Shown here: positions 37,162-46,052 of the stretch, piece by piece
Numbering within the stretch: the first letter of the stretch is position 1
Layout of the letters: every line of letters starts with the position of its first letter
Origin: Patescibacteria group bacterium
GTDB taxonomy: Bacteria > Patescibacteriota > Patescibacteriia > UBA2591 > JABMQE01
Length of the DNA: 64,000 nt
Direction: 5' to 3'
Assembly: GCA_018896645.1 (NCBI GenBank)
Contig: JAHIMF010000005.1
Coordinates: forward strand, 997 to 64,996
Made by a program: the position numbers and the translations under genes
Notes under the pieces: model-generated
Database searches by the model: none
What the model was told of the DNA's origin: nothing
What the model saw: only the letters and a program-made list of their open reading frames with translations

Positions 37162-37197
37162 TACAAAAAAACGGGCGTGAGAGCGCTTGTTTTTTTG
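37162..37197 (+). repeat. Direct repeat copy 2 (identical 36-mer)
   Basis: See copy 1. Confidence 0.9.
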
Positions 37198-37229
37198 ACA
37201 ATAAATGGGATACGGATTATAATTAGAAT

Positions 37230-38750
37230 ATGAAAGGAACAAAAAATATAATAACTGACGAGTCCGCCTCTGCTAAGGCTATGGCTGGTGAACATCAAAT
37301 GCGCCTCAAGCGGCTGGAAAAAATTAAAAAGCAGGGGATTAATCCTTATCCCAGCCAAACCCGCAAAACTCACCAAATTAGCGAGTTAAATTTGGATTTT
37401 GATGATTTAGGCGCAAACAAGACAAAAGTGAGCATAGCGGGCAGAATTAGAGCTCTCCGAGGCCATGGGGGTTCTACTTTTGCGAATATTGAAGATGAAT
37501 CTGATAAATTTCAGGTATATTTTAAAAAGGATGAATTAGGCGAGGATAAATACAGTTTGGTTAATCTGTTGGATGTGGGCGACTTTATAGCATGCAGCGG
37601 CGAACTGTTTAAAACCAAAAACGGCGAAAAAACCCTAATGGTCCAAAACTTTGAGATTTTAAGTAAAGCGATTTTGCCGTTGCCAGAAAAATGGCATGGC
37701 TTAAGCGATGTGGAAATTAGGTATCGCAAACGCCATCTTGATTTAATAGCTAATCCCAAAGTGAGAAACATTTTTGAAAAACGCAGTTTAATTTTAAAAA
37801 CCTTAAGAAATTTTTTAGAAAATAAAGGATTCCTAGAAGTAGAAACACCTGTGCTTCAACCAATGGCTGGCGGAGCTACTGCTAAGCCTTTTGTCACTCA
37901 TCACAATGCTCTAGACATTGATATGTATTTACGCATCGCGCCCGAGCTGTATCTTAAACGGCTGATTGTCGGTGGGTTTGAAAAAATTTATGAAGTGGCG
38001 CGCTGTTTCCGCAACGAAGGCATTGATTGGCAGCATAATCCGGAATTCACCCAGATTGAATTTTACTGGGCTTATGCTGATTATGAAGATTTGATAGAGC
38101 TGACCGAAGAAATGTTTGTAGAGTTGATGAACAAAGTCAACGGCAAAAAAATGACCTTGGAATTTGAAAAAGCGAAAATCGACTTTACGCCTCCTTATGA
38201 TCGCTTAAGTTTTCGCGAGGGAATCAAAAAATATGCTAAATTTGATATTGAAGAATATCAGGATAAAACCAAGTTGGCCAAGAAAGCTAAAGAACTTAAT
38301 GTTGAGATTAAAAAACAAGATGGGCGGGGAAAGATTTTGGACGAAATTTATAAAGAATACGTGCGTAAAAATATTCACAAACCAACATTTATAATTGATC
38401 ATCCAATTGAATTATCGCCCCTAGCTAAACAAAAAGAAGATAATCCAAATTATGTCCAACGTTTACAGTTAGTTGTGCCTGGCGGTTTGGAAATGTGCAA
38501 TGCTTTTACCGAGCTTAATGACCCCCTTGAACAAGCGGTTCAATTTAAGGCCCAGCAAAAGTTAAAAATGGCTGGTGATGAAGAAGCCCAGGAATTTGAT
38601 AAAGATTATGTAGAAGCCATGGAACACGGTATGCCGCCTTGCGCTGGATATGGGATTGGCATTGACCGGCTGACGCAAATTTTGACAAATTCGCATAATA
38701 TCAAAGAGGTGATATTATTTCCGACATTAAGGCCAAAATATAGAGGATAA
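37230..38750 (+). CDS. lysS: Lysyl-tRNA synthetase (class II)
   Basis: OB-fold N-domain, motif 2 (FRNEGIDWQHNPEFTQIEFYWAY), motif 3 (GIGIDRLTQIL). Confidence 0.92.
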   Translation: MKGTKNIITDESASAKAMAGEHQMRLKRLEKIKKQGINPYPSQTRKTHQISELNLDFDDLGANKTKVSIAGRIRALRGHGGSTFANIEDESDKFQVYFKKDELGEDKYSLVNLLDVGDFIACSGELFKTKNGEKTLMVQNFEILSKAILPLPEKWHGLSDVEIRYRKRHLDLIANPKVRNIFEKRSLILKTLRNFLENKGFLEVETPVLQPMAGGATAKPFVTHHNALDIDMYLRIAPELYLKRLIVGGFEKIYEVARCFRNEGIDWQHNPEFTQIEFYWAYADYEDLIELTEEMFVELMNKVNGKKMTLEFEKAKIDFTPPYDRLSFREGIKKYAKFDIEEYQDKTKLAKKAKELNVEIKKQDGRGKILDEIYKEYVRKNIHKPTFIIDHPIELSPLAKQKEDNPNYVQRLQLVVPGGLEMCNAFTELNDPLEQAVQFKAQQKLKMAGDEEAQEFDKDYVEAMEHGMPPCAGYGIGIDRLTQILTNSHNIKEVILFPTLRPKYRG

Positions 38751-38753
38751 GCT

Positions 38754-39530
38754 TTGACTATGTCCATCCAACGCAAAAATTTCAAACTAAAAGATTTAAA
38801 GTATAAAGTTGACAAAAAAATAAGTCAGCAAATTTTGGATTTACAAAAAAAATTTGATGAAAAATTTAACAGAGATGAGCAGAAAAAATTAGCATTTTCA
38901 GAAAAAGTGGATTTTGTTTATAATACTACGGCCTTAGAAGGCAATACTTATACTTATGCGGAGACCGAAACTTTGCTTTCTGGAGTAACAATCGGTGGAC
39001 ATTCTATAAAAGAGACCAACGAGATTATCAATCAAAAAGAGGCCTGGGAATTTACCTTGAATCAAGCTTTTTCAAATTCAAAGGATATAACAGAAACTTT
39101 GATAAAAGATATTCATTTTAGAGTTGGGAAAGACACGGTGGTAAAACCAGGGCAGTATCGGGATGGCCGAGTCAAAATCGGCGGTACTGATTATGTGCCG
39201 CCGAAAACAAAATTAGAAATTGATAATTTGATTAAAATTTTTTTGATTGATTTTGCTAATTTAGAAAAAGATATTTTTTTAAAAGCAATTATAATCCATT
39301 TTGTGATTGCTTTAATTCAACCATTTTACGATGGCAATAAAAGAACAGCGCGACTGCTGATGAATTTTATTTTGTTACAAAATAATTATCCTTTGTTTTC
39401 GGTTCCAGCTAAAATGCGCAAAGAGTATGTTGAGGCCATGATTAAGGGATATGAGAGTTTGGATATTAGTGGTTTAGTTGAGTTGTTGAAAGGGTTGATG
39501 ATTGAGAGATTGGAGGATTATGGGATTTGA
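38754..39530 (+). CDS. Fic/DOC family protein with a degenerate active-site motif (QPFYDGNKRTAR instead of HPFx[DE]GNGRxxR)
   Basis: Fido-fold spacing and the ...PFYDGN.R.ARLL core; the catalytic His is Gln in this sequence. Confidence 0.7.
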   Translation: MTMSIQRKNFKLKDLKYKVDKKISQQILDLQKKFDEKFNRDEQKKLAFSEKVDFVYNTTALEGNTYTYAETETLLSGVTIGGHSIKETNEIINQKEAWEFTLNQAFSNSKDITETLIKDIHFRVGKDTVVKPGQYRDGRVKIGGTDYVPPKTKLEIDNLIKIFLIDFANLEKDIFLKAIIIHFVIALIQPFYDGNKRTARLLMNFILLQNNYPLFSVPAKMRKEYVEAMIKGYESLDISGLVELLKGLMIERLEDYGI

Positions 39531-39603
39531 TTCTTAGGAGCTGAATTTGACAAAAATTTTGCGTTTGGTATTATATATATAATCGATATTTAATCCATAT
39601 ATT

Positions 39604-39858
39604 ATGGCTATTGTAAATTTTTCTATTCCAACTACCCTTGAAAAGAGGGTTGGGCAAACTATAAGGGAAAAGGGTTTCAGCAGTAAAGCCGAATTTTTTC
39701 GTTATGCGGCAATTTATTTTATTGATGTTGTAGATGATTCAGCTATATCCGAAGACGAACGCATTAAATATCTAAGCGATGCCATTACTCGAGAAGTTAT
39801 AAAAAAATTTCACAATAAAAAAATTCCTCCTGTGGAGGAACAACTAGCAGATATATAA
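39604..39858 (+). CDS. Ribbon-helix-helix (CopG/ParD-like) putative antitoxin
   Basis: N-terminal beta-strand VNFSIP followed by a helix pair; precedes a RelE-like ORF by 9 nt. Confidence 0.45.
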   Translation: MAIVNFSIPTTLEKRVGQTIREKGFSSKAEFFRYAAIYFIDVVDDSAISEDERIKYLSDAITREVIKKFHNKKIPPVEEQLADI

Positions 39859-39867
39859 TTTCTTTTT

Positions 39868-40212
39868 ATGTATGAGATAATAGTTTTACCTCATTTCCAC
39901 GGACAGTTGAAGCGTTATGCTAAAAAGTATCGTCATATTAAGAATGATGTTATTGAAAAGTTAAGGGGTTTTGATAAAAGACAGCATGTTTATCTTGGTA
40001 ATCGTATCTATAAATTACGGCTTAAATCGAAAGATATCCCCAGAGGTAAGAATAAATCATTGCGGTTAGTTATTTTGGTGGTAGAAATGACCAGTGCTAT
40101 TGTGCCGGTTATTTTATATTTTAAAGGGGATCGTGAAGATATCAGCAAGAAAGAACTAAAAGAGCATTTACAAATAATATTATTTGAACTAGAATTATAC
40201 CATGACTCGTGA
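39868..40212 (+). CDS. RelE/ParE-superfamily putative toxin
   Basis: Size and pattern (..HFHGQLKRY...LGNRIYKLRL...LRLVILVVE...) are compatible with a RelE fold. Confidence 0.4.
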   Translation: MYEIIVLPHFHGQLKRYAKKYRHIKNDVIEKLRGFDKRQHVYLGNRIYKLRLKSKDIPRGKNKSLRLVILVVEMTSAIVPVILYFKGDREDISKKELKEHLQIILFELELYHDS

Positions 40213-40786
40213 TGAAGCGTTACAATTAGTTCATAAGTACGTGAAGACCGATAACAGCGTTAAACACATGCTGGCGACCGAAGCTATTATGCGAGCATTG
40301 GCACGTCATTTTGGCGAAGACTCCAAGTCATCCGACGGGGTAAACGAAGAAAAATGGGGTTTAGCGGGTTTGGTGCATGATATTGATATGGAAGAGGTAG
40401 ATTATCGCAATGAGCCGACTAAGCATGGGCCAAGATCAATAGAAATTTTAAAAGAAAATGGACTGACAGATGAGGAAATCTTGAATGCCGTTTTAGCGCA
40501 TAATGAGGCTTTGGGCGGGGAGCGGGGGACTAAAATTGAAAAAGCCATCCACTCGGTTGACCCCTTGACAGGTTTGATTGTGGCTGCTACACTGGTTTTA
40601 CCCTCTCGTAAATTAGCTGATGTGACAGTTGAAAATATTTTAAATAGATTTAAAGAAAAACATTTTGCCCGTGGCGCTAATCGGGAGATTATTGCCAGAT
40701 GTGAGGAGTTGGGATTATCTTTGAAAGAATTCTGTAAGATTGGGTTGGAAGCCATGCAGGGGATATCAGATGAACTTGGGCTATAA
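40202..40786 (+). CDS. HD-domain phosphohydrolase (YqeK-like)
   Basis: H...HD metal-binding motif (MLATEAIMRAL...LAGLVHDID) and downstream His residues. Confidence 0.7.
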   Translation: MTRDEALQLVHKYVKTDNSVKHMLATEAIMRALARHFGEDSKSSDGVNEEKWGLAGLVHDIDMEEVDYRNEPTKHGPRSIEILKENGLTDEEILNAVLAHNEALGGERGTKIEKAIHSVDPLTGLIVAATLVLPSRKLADVTVENILNRFKEKHFARGANREIIARCEELGLSLKEFCKIGLEAMQGISDELGL

Positions 40787-40821
40787 AAATGTTCATTATA
40801 ATAATTTCATATGGACGGGAA

Positions 40822-40923
40822 ATGACATTAGGCATTTTGCCTGCTGTTGTAATGGGGGCATTGAGTCTTCTGGTGATTAGTTCGCTCTTGGCAAAAGTGC
40901 TCCACAAAATCCGCACCCACTAG
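40822..40923 (+). CDS. Putative small TM peptide (33 aa)
   Basis: MTLGILPAVVMGALSLLVISSLLAKVLHKIRTH; first of three tandem short hydrophobic ORFs. Confidence 0.25.
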   Translation: MTLGILPAVVMGALSLLVISSLLAKVLHKIRTH

Positions 40924-40943
40924 TTTGATACGGAGGATAAATC

Positions 40944-41060
40944 ATGAAAGATATCTGGGTTTTGGCTTTGTTCCCCTTGGCTGGGTTTGCAATTTGGCTA
41001 GCGGCTAAAATCGGCGCCTGGAGAGAGATAAAAAATTTACAAAGCAAGAGTAAAAAATGA
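40944..41060 (+). CDS. Putative small TM peptide (38 aa)
   Basis: SD GGAGG 7 nt upstream; MKDIWVLALFPLAGFAIWLAAKIGAWREIKNLQSKSKK. Confidence 0.35.
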   Translation: MKDIWVLALFPLAGFAIWLAAKIGAWREIKNLQSKSKK

Positions 41061-41203
41061 TTAATTCCACTGTTGTTTTACCGGGAGGCATCACCCTTTT
41101 TATGGAGGATAAAAAAATGGAAGCTAGGATTATGTTGATTATATGTTGCGCGTTGTTGCTTTTATTAATGCTTTATAAAAACAGGCCACCCCCAGGATAT
41201 TAG
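41057..41203 (+). CDS. Putative small TM peptide (48 aa, or 29 aa from an internal SD-ATG)
   Basis: Start overlaps the previous stop (ATGA); the internal GGAGG-N8-ATG gives MEARIMLIICCALLLLLMLYKNRPPPGY. Confidence 0.25.
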   Translation: MINSTVVLPGGITLFMEDKKMEARIMLIICCALLLLLMLYKNRPPPGY

Positions 41204-41245
41204 TTAGAAAATGGTACCCACAGAGAAATAAGGATACCACAAAAA

Positions 41246-41280
41246 GCGTTGTCAAACAAAGACAGCGCTTTTTTTATTGC
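41246..41280 (+). terminator. Rho-independent terminator (aaagcgttgtcaaacaaagacagcgcttttttt)
   Basis: Stem with one mismatch followed by a T7 run. Confidence 0.6.
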
Positions 41281-41365
41281 TTAATATAATATTTTTAGTT
41301 AAAATTAAGATAGGGATTAAAACGGAAACATTTGGTAGATAAAATAAAATTTAAAAAGATTTAAA

Positions 41366-43243
41366 ATGAAAAAGGCTATATTTATTATTTTAGGAATTAT
41401 AGTTATTATTGGTGTATCTCTTGGGGGTTACCGTTATTTTAAACGTGGAGAAAAAATTAATTTTGATTATATTATTACTGAAAGAGGTGAACTTGTCCAA
41501 GAGGTTAATATTACCGGTCGGATAAAGCCAGCCGAAAGCGTTGACCTGGCCTTTGAAAATACCGGAAAAATAGCCAATATTTATGTACAAATAGGTGATA
41601 AAGTAACCACGAGTCAAATCTTAATTGAAATAGATAATACTGATGCCAATGCCCAGCTGGCACAAGCTCAAGCCGGGGTGGATAGCTCTCAAGCTGAACT
41701 TATTCAATATCAAGCAACTTTGGAAGCCCAGCAAACAAAATTACTCGAACTAATCAAAGGAACAAGGCCCGAAGAAATTCAATTATCAGAAACAAAAGTT
41801 ATAAATGCACAAAAAGCATTGGCCGACGCCCAAGAAAACCTTAAAAACACTTTAAACAAAGCTGAAACCGAACTAGCCAAGGCCCAGCAAACAAAAACTG
41901 ATGCCGAGATAAACTTGGCCAACATTACGAGTAAATCTGGAAGTGATTTAGCCGACCTTTACAGCAAAGCAGGAGATATTCTTGATGATGCTTATGCTAA
42001 AGCTGATGATGCTGTTAAAAATAGAACAAGTGGAATCTTCACTGCTGGTTCTAATAAATTATCTTTTGCTACAACTAATTCACAAGCAAAGTCTGATGCG
42101 GAATCACAAAAGCCAGTGGTTGAAAACGCACTTAATGAACTTAATGCCTTAGTGTATAATCTTACCTCTGATTATATTGACCTAGACGAAGCTCTTGCAA
42201 GGGTAAAAGATTATTTAATTATTATAAAAGATTTTTTTTCTCGGTTAGACACCGCTCTTAGCAGCGCCGCTGATTTATCTCAAACAACACTCACTACTTA
42301 TCAAACAAACACTTACACGGCTCGCACCAATGTTAATACTGTTCTTTCCAATATTAATGTTCAACAAAACGCTATTACAACCCAAAACCAAACGAATCAA
42401 ACTAATATTGATACGGCTCAGTCTCAACTTAATACAACCAAAGCAGCCCTATCCTTGCAAGAAGCCGCAAACCAAAGTAATGTCTCCACAGCCCAAGCAG
42501 GTATTACTACGGCTCAAAATACTTTAGCCAGCGCTCAAGATGAACTCTCACTTAAGAAAGCTGGTTCCACAGCGGAACAAATTGCGGTTCAACGGGCAAT
42601 TATAAAACAAGCTCAAGCAAACACATCCGCCCAAAGAGCTAGAATAAAACAAGCTGAAGCAAATTTACAAAACTATCAAGCCCAAAAAGAAAAAACAACC
42701 ATTCGAGCACCTATGGATGGAATCGTAACAAAACAAGATGCTAAAGTTGGCGAAATTGTCTCGGCTTCCGCCAACATTATTTCCCTTATCTCGGAAAAAC
42801 AATTTGAAATTGAGGCTTTAATACCAGAAGCAGATACTGCTAAAGTTAAAGTCAATGATTTGGCAAAAGTTACTCTTGATGCCTATACTAATAATATTAT
42901 TTTTAAGGCTAAAGTAATTCGGATTAATCCTGCGGAAACTATGATTGAAGGCATGGCTACTTATAAAACGATATTACAATTTGCGGATGATGATGAACGG
43001 ATAAAATCCGGCATGACTGCTAATGTTGATATTTTAACTAATAAAAGAGAGAATGTTATTGCTATTCCCGGACGGGCTGTGATTTCCAGAAATGGCGGAA
43101 AAATGGTTCAAATAGTTAGAGATGATGATACGATTACAGAAGTAGAGGTAAAAACCGGCATTCGCGGTTCTGATGGTCGGATAGAAATTTTGAGCGGAGT
43201 TAGCGAGGGTTATAAAGTAATTACTTTTATGGAAGAAGAGTAA
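41366..43243 (+). CDS. HlyD-family periplasmic adaptor (membrane-fusion protein) with a very long coiled-coil hairpin
   Basis: N-terminal TM, biotinyl-lipoyl-like halves (GELVQEVNITGRIKP / IRAPMDGIVTK), about 330-aa Q/A/T-rich coiled coil, C-terminal beta-barrel. Confidence 0.8.
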   Translation: MKKAIFIILGIIVIIGVSLGGYRYFKRGEKINFDYIITERGELVQEVNITGRIKPAESVDLAFENTGKIANIYVQIGDKVTTSQILIEIDNTDANAQLAQAQAGVDSSQAELIQYQATLEAQQTKLLELIKGTRPEEIQLSETKVINAQKALADAQENLKNTLNKAETELAKAQQTKTDAEINLANITSKSGSDLADLYSKAGDILDDAYAKADDAVKNRTSGIFTAGSNKLSFATTNSQAKSDAESQKPVVENALNELNALVYNLTSDYIDLDEALARVKDYLIIIKDFFSRLDTALSSAADLSQTTLTTYQTNTYTARTNVNTVLSNINVQQNAITTQNQTNQTNIDTAQSQLNTTKAALSLQEAANQSNVSTAQAGITTAQNTLASAQDELSLKKAGSTAEQIAVQRAIIKQAQANTSAQRARIKQAEANLQNYQAQKEKTTIRAPMDGIVTKQDAKVGEIVSASANIISLISEKQFEIEALIPEADTAKVKVNDLAKVTLDAYTNNIIFKAKVIRINPAETMIEGMATYKTILQFADDDERIKSGMTANVDILTNKRENVIAIPGRAVISRNGGKMVQIVRDDDTITEVEVKTGIRGSDGRIEILSGVSEGYKVITFMEEE

Positions 43244-43261
43244 ACGAAATTTCTAATTTTT

Positions 43262-43745
43262 AATTCACCTAATTTCTAATAAAATTCTTAATTCAAAAAT
43301 GTCAAACAAAGAGAAAAAAAAGTATGACCAGAAATAAAAAAATTATTTTAATCTTAATTTTGACAATAGTTTTATTTTGTTTGTCACTTTTCTATGTGAG
43401 AAATGAAGTATGTTGTATGTTTGCTGGCATGAGACATCGTGGATTCCCTTATCAAATAATATCAATATCTAAGGTAACTGAGGATTTTGAAGAAGCGAAA
43501 AAAGTTTACTCCCTTAATGATTTTGAGCTTTTGAGTCGAGGTTGGAAGTTAAAAATAGATTCCGGCTTTGATCCGCTTTTCTGGAGTATTTCTTTTAATT
43601 TTATATTTTATTTAGCCATAAGCAGTGGATTAATTTTTATAGTCGAACGCATAAAACAGAATGAGAAAAAAATCAAAAAATAATTTTGAATTAAGCATTT
43701 AGAATTTTATTAGAAATTAGAAATTAGGTGAATTAGGTGAATTTT
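43262..43745. mobile_element. MITE-like element with about 45-nt terminal inverted repeats, carrying a 119-aa membrane-protein ORF, inserted between the adaptor and ATPase genes
   Basis: Left end ttaattcacctaatttctaataaaattcttaattcaaaa; right end ttttgaattaagcatttagaattttattagaaattagaaattaggtgaattaggtgaat is its reverse complement. Same end motif as 8350-8520. Confidence 0.6.
43324..43683 (+). CDS. Small membrane protein (cargo of the MITE-like element)
   Basis: N-terminal TM (IILILILTIVLFCLSLFYV) and C-terminal TM (FNFIFYLAISSGLIFIV). Confidence 0.5.
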   Translation: MTRNKKIILILILTIVLFCLSLFYVRNEVCCMFAGMRHRGFPYQIISISKVTEDFEEAKKVYSLNDFELLSRGWKLKIDSGFDPLFWSISFNFIFYLAISSGLIFIVERIKQNEKKIKK

Positions 43746-43750
43746 ATAAC

Positions 43751-44446
43751 ATGTCTCTCATAGAAGCCAAAAATTTAGAAAAAACCTATTATACTGATGG
43801 TATCGCTACTCCTGTTCTTAAAGGAGTTTCTTTTTCTATTGAACCAGGAGATTTTGTGGCTATTATGGGCCCTTCGGGCTCTGGTAAATCTACCTTGCTT
43901 CATATTTTGGGATTCCTGTCCCGTCATTCAGCAGGTGAATATCGTTTTGAGGGCAAAACTTTCGATGATTACTCTAAATCCGAAATTGCTCACGCTCGGA
44001 ATAAAAAAATGGGTTTTGTTTTTCAATCTTTTAATCTGCTTGCAAGAACAACGGTCATAGACAATGTAAAATTACCACTCTTATATTCAGATGTGCCAGA
44101 AAATGAATGGAATGATATGGCCTTAAAATTAATAAAAACCGTGGGCCTCTCCCACCGCATTAGCCACTTATCATCTCAACTATCTGGCGGGGAGCAGCAG
44201 CGCGTTGCTATTGCCCGCGCTTTTGTCAATAATCCACCAGTTATTTTTGCTGATGAACCAACTGGAAATCTTGACACAGCTACTGGAATAAAGATTATGG
44301 ATATTTTAAAGACATTTAATGAAAAACTAGGTCATACGATTATTTTAATCACTCACGAGTTGGATATTGCTCAAGGCACTAAACGAATTATCAAACTTGT
44401 TGATGGTAAAATTGCCAGTGATACAAAAGTTAATCATAATTTATGA
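43751..44446 (+). CDS. ABC transporter ATP-binding protein (MacB/LolD-like)
   Basis: Walker [10 protein letters not shown], signature [14 protein letters not shown], Walker [14 protein letters not shown]-loop ITHE. Confidence 0.92.
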   Translation: MSLIEAKNLEKTYYTDGIATPVLKGVSFSIEPGDFVAIMGPSGSGKSTLLHILGFLSRHSAGEYRFEGKTFDDYSKSEIAHARNKKMGFVFQSFNLLARTTVIDNVKLPLLYSDVPENEWNDMALKLIKTVGLSHRISHLSSQLSGGEQQRVAIARAFVNNPPVIFADEPTGNLDTATGIKIMDILKTFNEKLGHTIILITHELDIAQGTKRIIKLVDGKIASDTKVNHNL

Positions 44447-45675
44447 AATCTATATACACCATAAAAACAGCTGTCGGGGGGTTAAAGGCGCATAAATCAC
44501 GTTCGGTCTTGACGATTTTGGGCATTGTAATTGGTATTACCGCGATTATTGTTATTATGGCAGTGGGACAGGGAGCCGAGAATTTAATCTTAGACCAGAT
44601 GCGCGGTTTTGGTTCGCAGATAGTAAGTGTTCAAGCTGGCCGAGCGCCCCAGGGCGTTTCTGATATTGCTCAAATGTTTACTGATTCTTTAAAACAACGG
44701 GATGTTGATGCTTTGAAAAAGATTCCCGGAGTAGAGAAGGTTGCCCCAGGAGTTTATGACATGACTACTATAACTTATGGCAATGAGAGCAAAAGAGCTA
44801 CTGTTTATGGTTCAGCTGATTTAATAATGGAGATTTTAGGTCTGTCAGTAGAACAAGGATCATTTTTTACTGAAGATGACATTAGGCAAAATGCGAGCGT
44901 GGTTGTAATTGGTTCAGAAATTAAAGATGATGTTTTTGGTTTTGCTGAAGCTATAGGAGAAAAAATTAAAATTAAGGGTAAAACCTTTCGTATAATAGGT
45001 GTGCTGGAGCCCAAAGGACAGATGATGGGTTTTAATTTAGATGATATGGTGTTAGTGCCTTATTCAACTGCTCAAAAATATTTATTAGGTATTAGTCATT
45101 TTAATGATGGTATTACGGTTCAGGCTGAAAGCGAGGAGATAGTGCCGCATTTAGTTCGGGAAATTGAGTTTACATTAAGAGAGCTGCATGGCATTACAGA
45201 TCCTGATAAAGATGATTTTTATGTCATGACCCAGGCAGACGCCATGGAAAGTATTGGCATGGTGACTTCAATTTTAACAGCATTATTAGGTTCAGTCGCG
45301 GCTATTTCTTTGATTGTCGGCGGAATTGGTATTATGAATATCATGTTGGTGTCTGTAACTGAACGAACGCGAGAAATTGGCTTGCGCAAAGCTCTTGGCG
45401 CGACCGAAAAGGACATTATGGTTCAATTTTTGCTTGAGTCAATGATTCTCACGATTATCGGTGGCATTGTTGGCATTACTTTTGGGGCTACATTTTCTTT
45501 TCTGGTAGCGTTTGTTTTAAATAAAACTGTAGCTAGCGGTTGGTCATTTGCTTTTCCGATATCAGCTGTAGTTTTAGGCATTGGGGTGGCTGCTACGGTT
45601 GGCTTGATTTTTGGACTCTATCCCGCTCGTCAGGCCTCGCAAAAGAGTCCTATTGAGGCTTTGAGGTATGAGTAG
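44443..45675 (+). CDS. ABC transporter permease (FtsX/MacB-type with a periplasmic domain)
   Basis: N-terminal TM, large periplasmic domain, three C-terminal TMs with the conserved LVGGIGIMNIMLVSVTERTREIGLRKALGA. Confidence 0.9.
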   Translation: MKSIYTIKTAVGGLKAHKSRSVLTILGIVIGITAIIVIMAVGQGAENLILDQMRGFGSQIVSVQAGRAPQGVSDIAQMFTDSLKQRDVDALKKIPGVEKVAPGVYDMTTITYGNESKRATVYGSADLIMEILGLSVEQGSFFTEDDIRQNASVVVIGSEIKDDVFGFAEAIGEKIKIKGKTFRIIGVLEPKGQMMGFNLDDMVLVPYSTAQKYLLGISHFNDGITVQAESEEIVPHLVREIEFTLRELHGITDPDKDDFYVMTQADAMESIGMVTSILTALLGSVAAISLIVGGIGIMNIMLVSVTERTREIGLRKALGATEKDIMVQFLLESMILTIIGGIVGITFGATFSFLVAFVLNKTVASGWSFAFPISAVVLGIGVAATVGLIFGLYPARQASQKSPIEALRYE

Positions 45676-45794
45676 TTATAATTCAAATCTACGAATGTAT
45701 GCCAGTCTATGAATGCTGTAAACAAATTTTTAGTATTTTAATTATATATATTGGCTAATATATCGAATATCAGCATCACTAAATTTGTGAACAA

Positions 45795-46052
45795 ATGAGG
45801 CTTTTTTTATTTGCATTTTATAAATATATTAGCTACAATATAGACATTATGTATAATTGGGATTATAATTTAAAAAATGTTAACAAAAAAGACCCGGTCT
45901 ATATCAAATGGAAACTAGAACGGTTGATTAATTATGGTTTAAATGGCGAAAAAATTAAAAAAATCGAACTAAAAAAATATTGGAATCAAATAAAGATTGA
46001 TCCCGACAAACGAACATTTTTAAAAACAATTTTATGGCCGAAAAAATCATAA
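45795..46052 (+). CDS. Hypothetical small protein upstream of, and overlapping, the AbiEii-like gene (possible truncated antitoxin)
   Basis: ORF only; K-rich; overlaps the next gene by 19 nt. Confidence 0.3.
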   Translation: MRLFLFAFYKYISYNIDIMYNWDYNLKNVNKKDPVYIKWKLERLINYGLNGEKIKKIELKKYWNQIKIDPDKRTFLKTILWPKKS

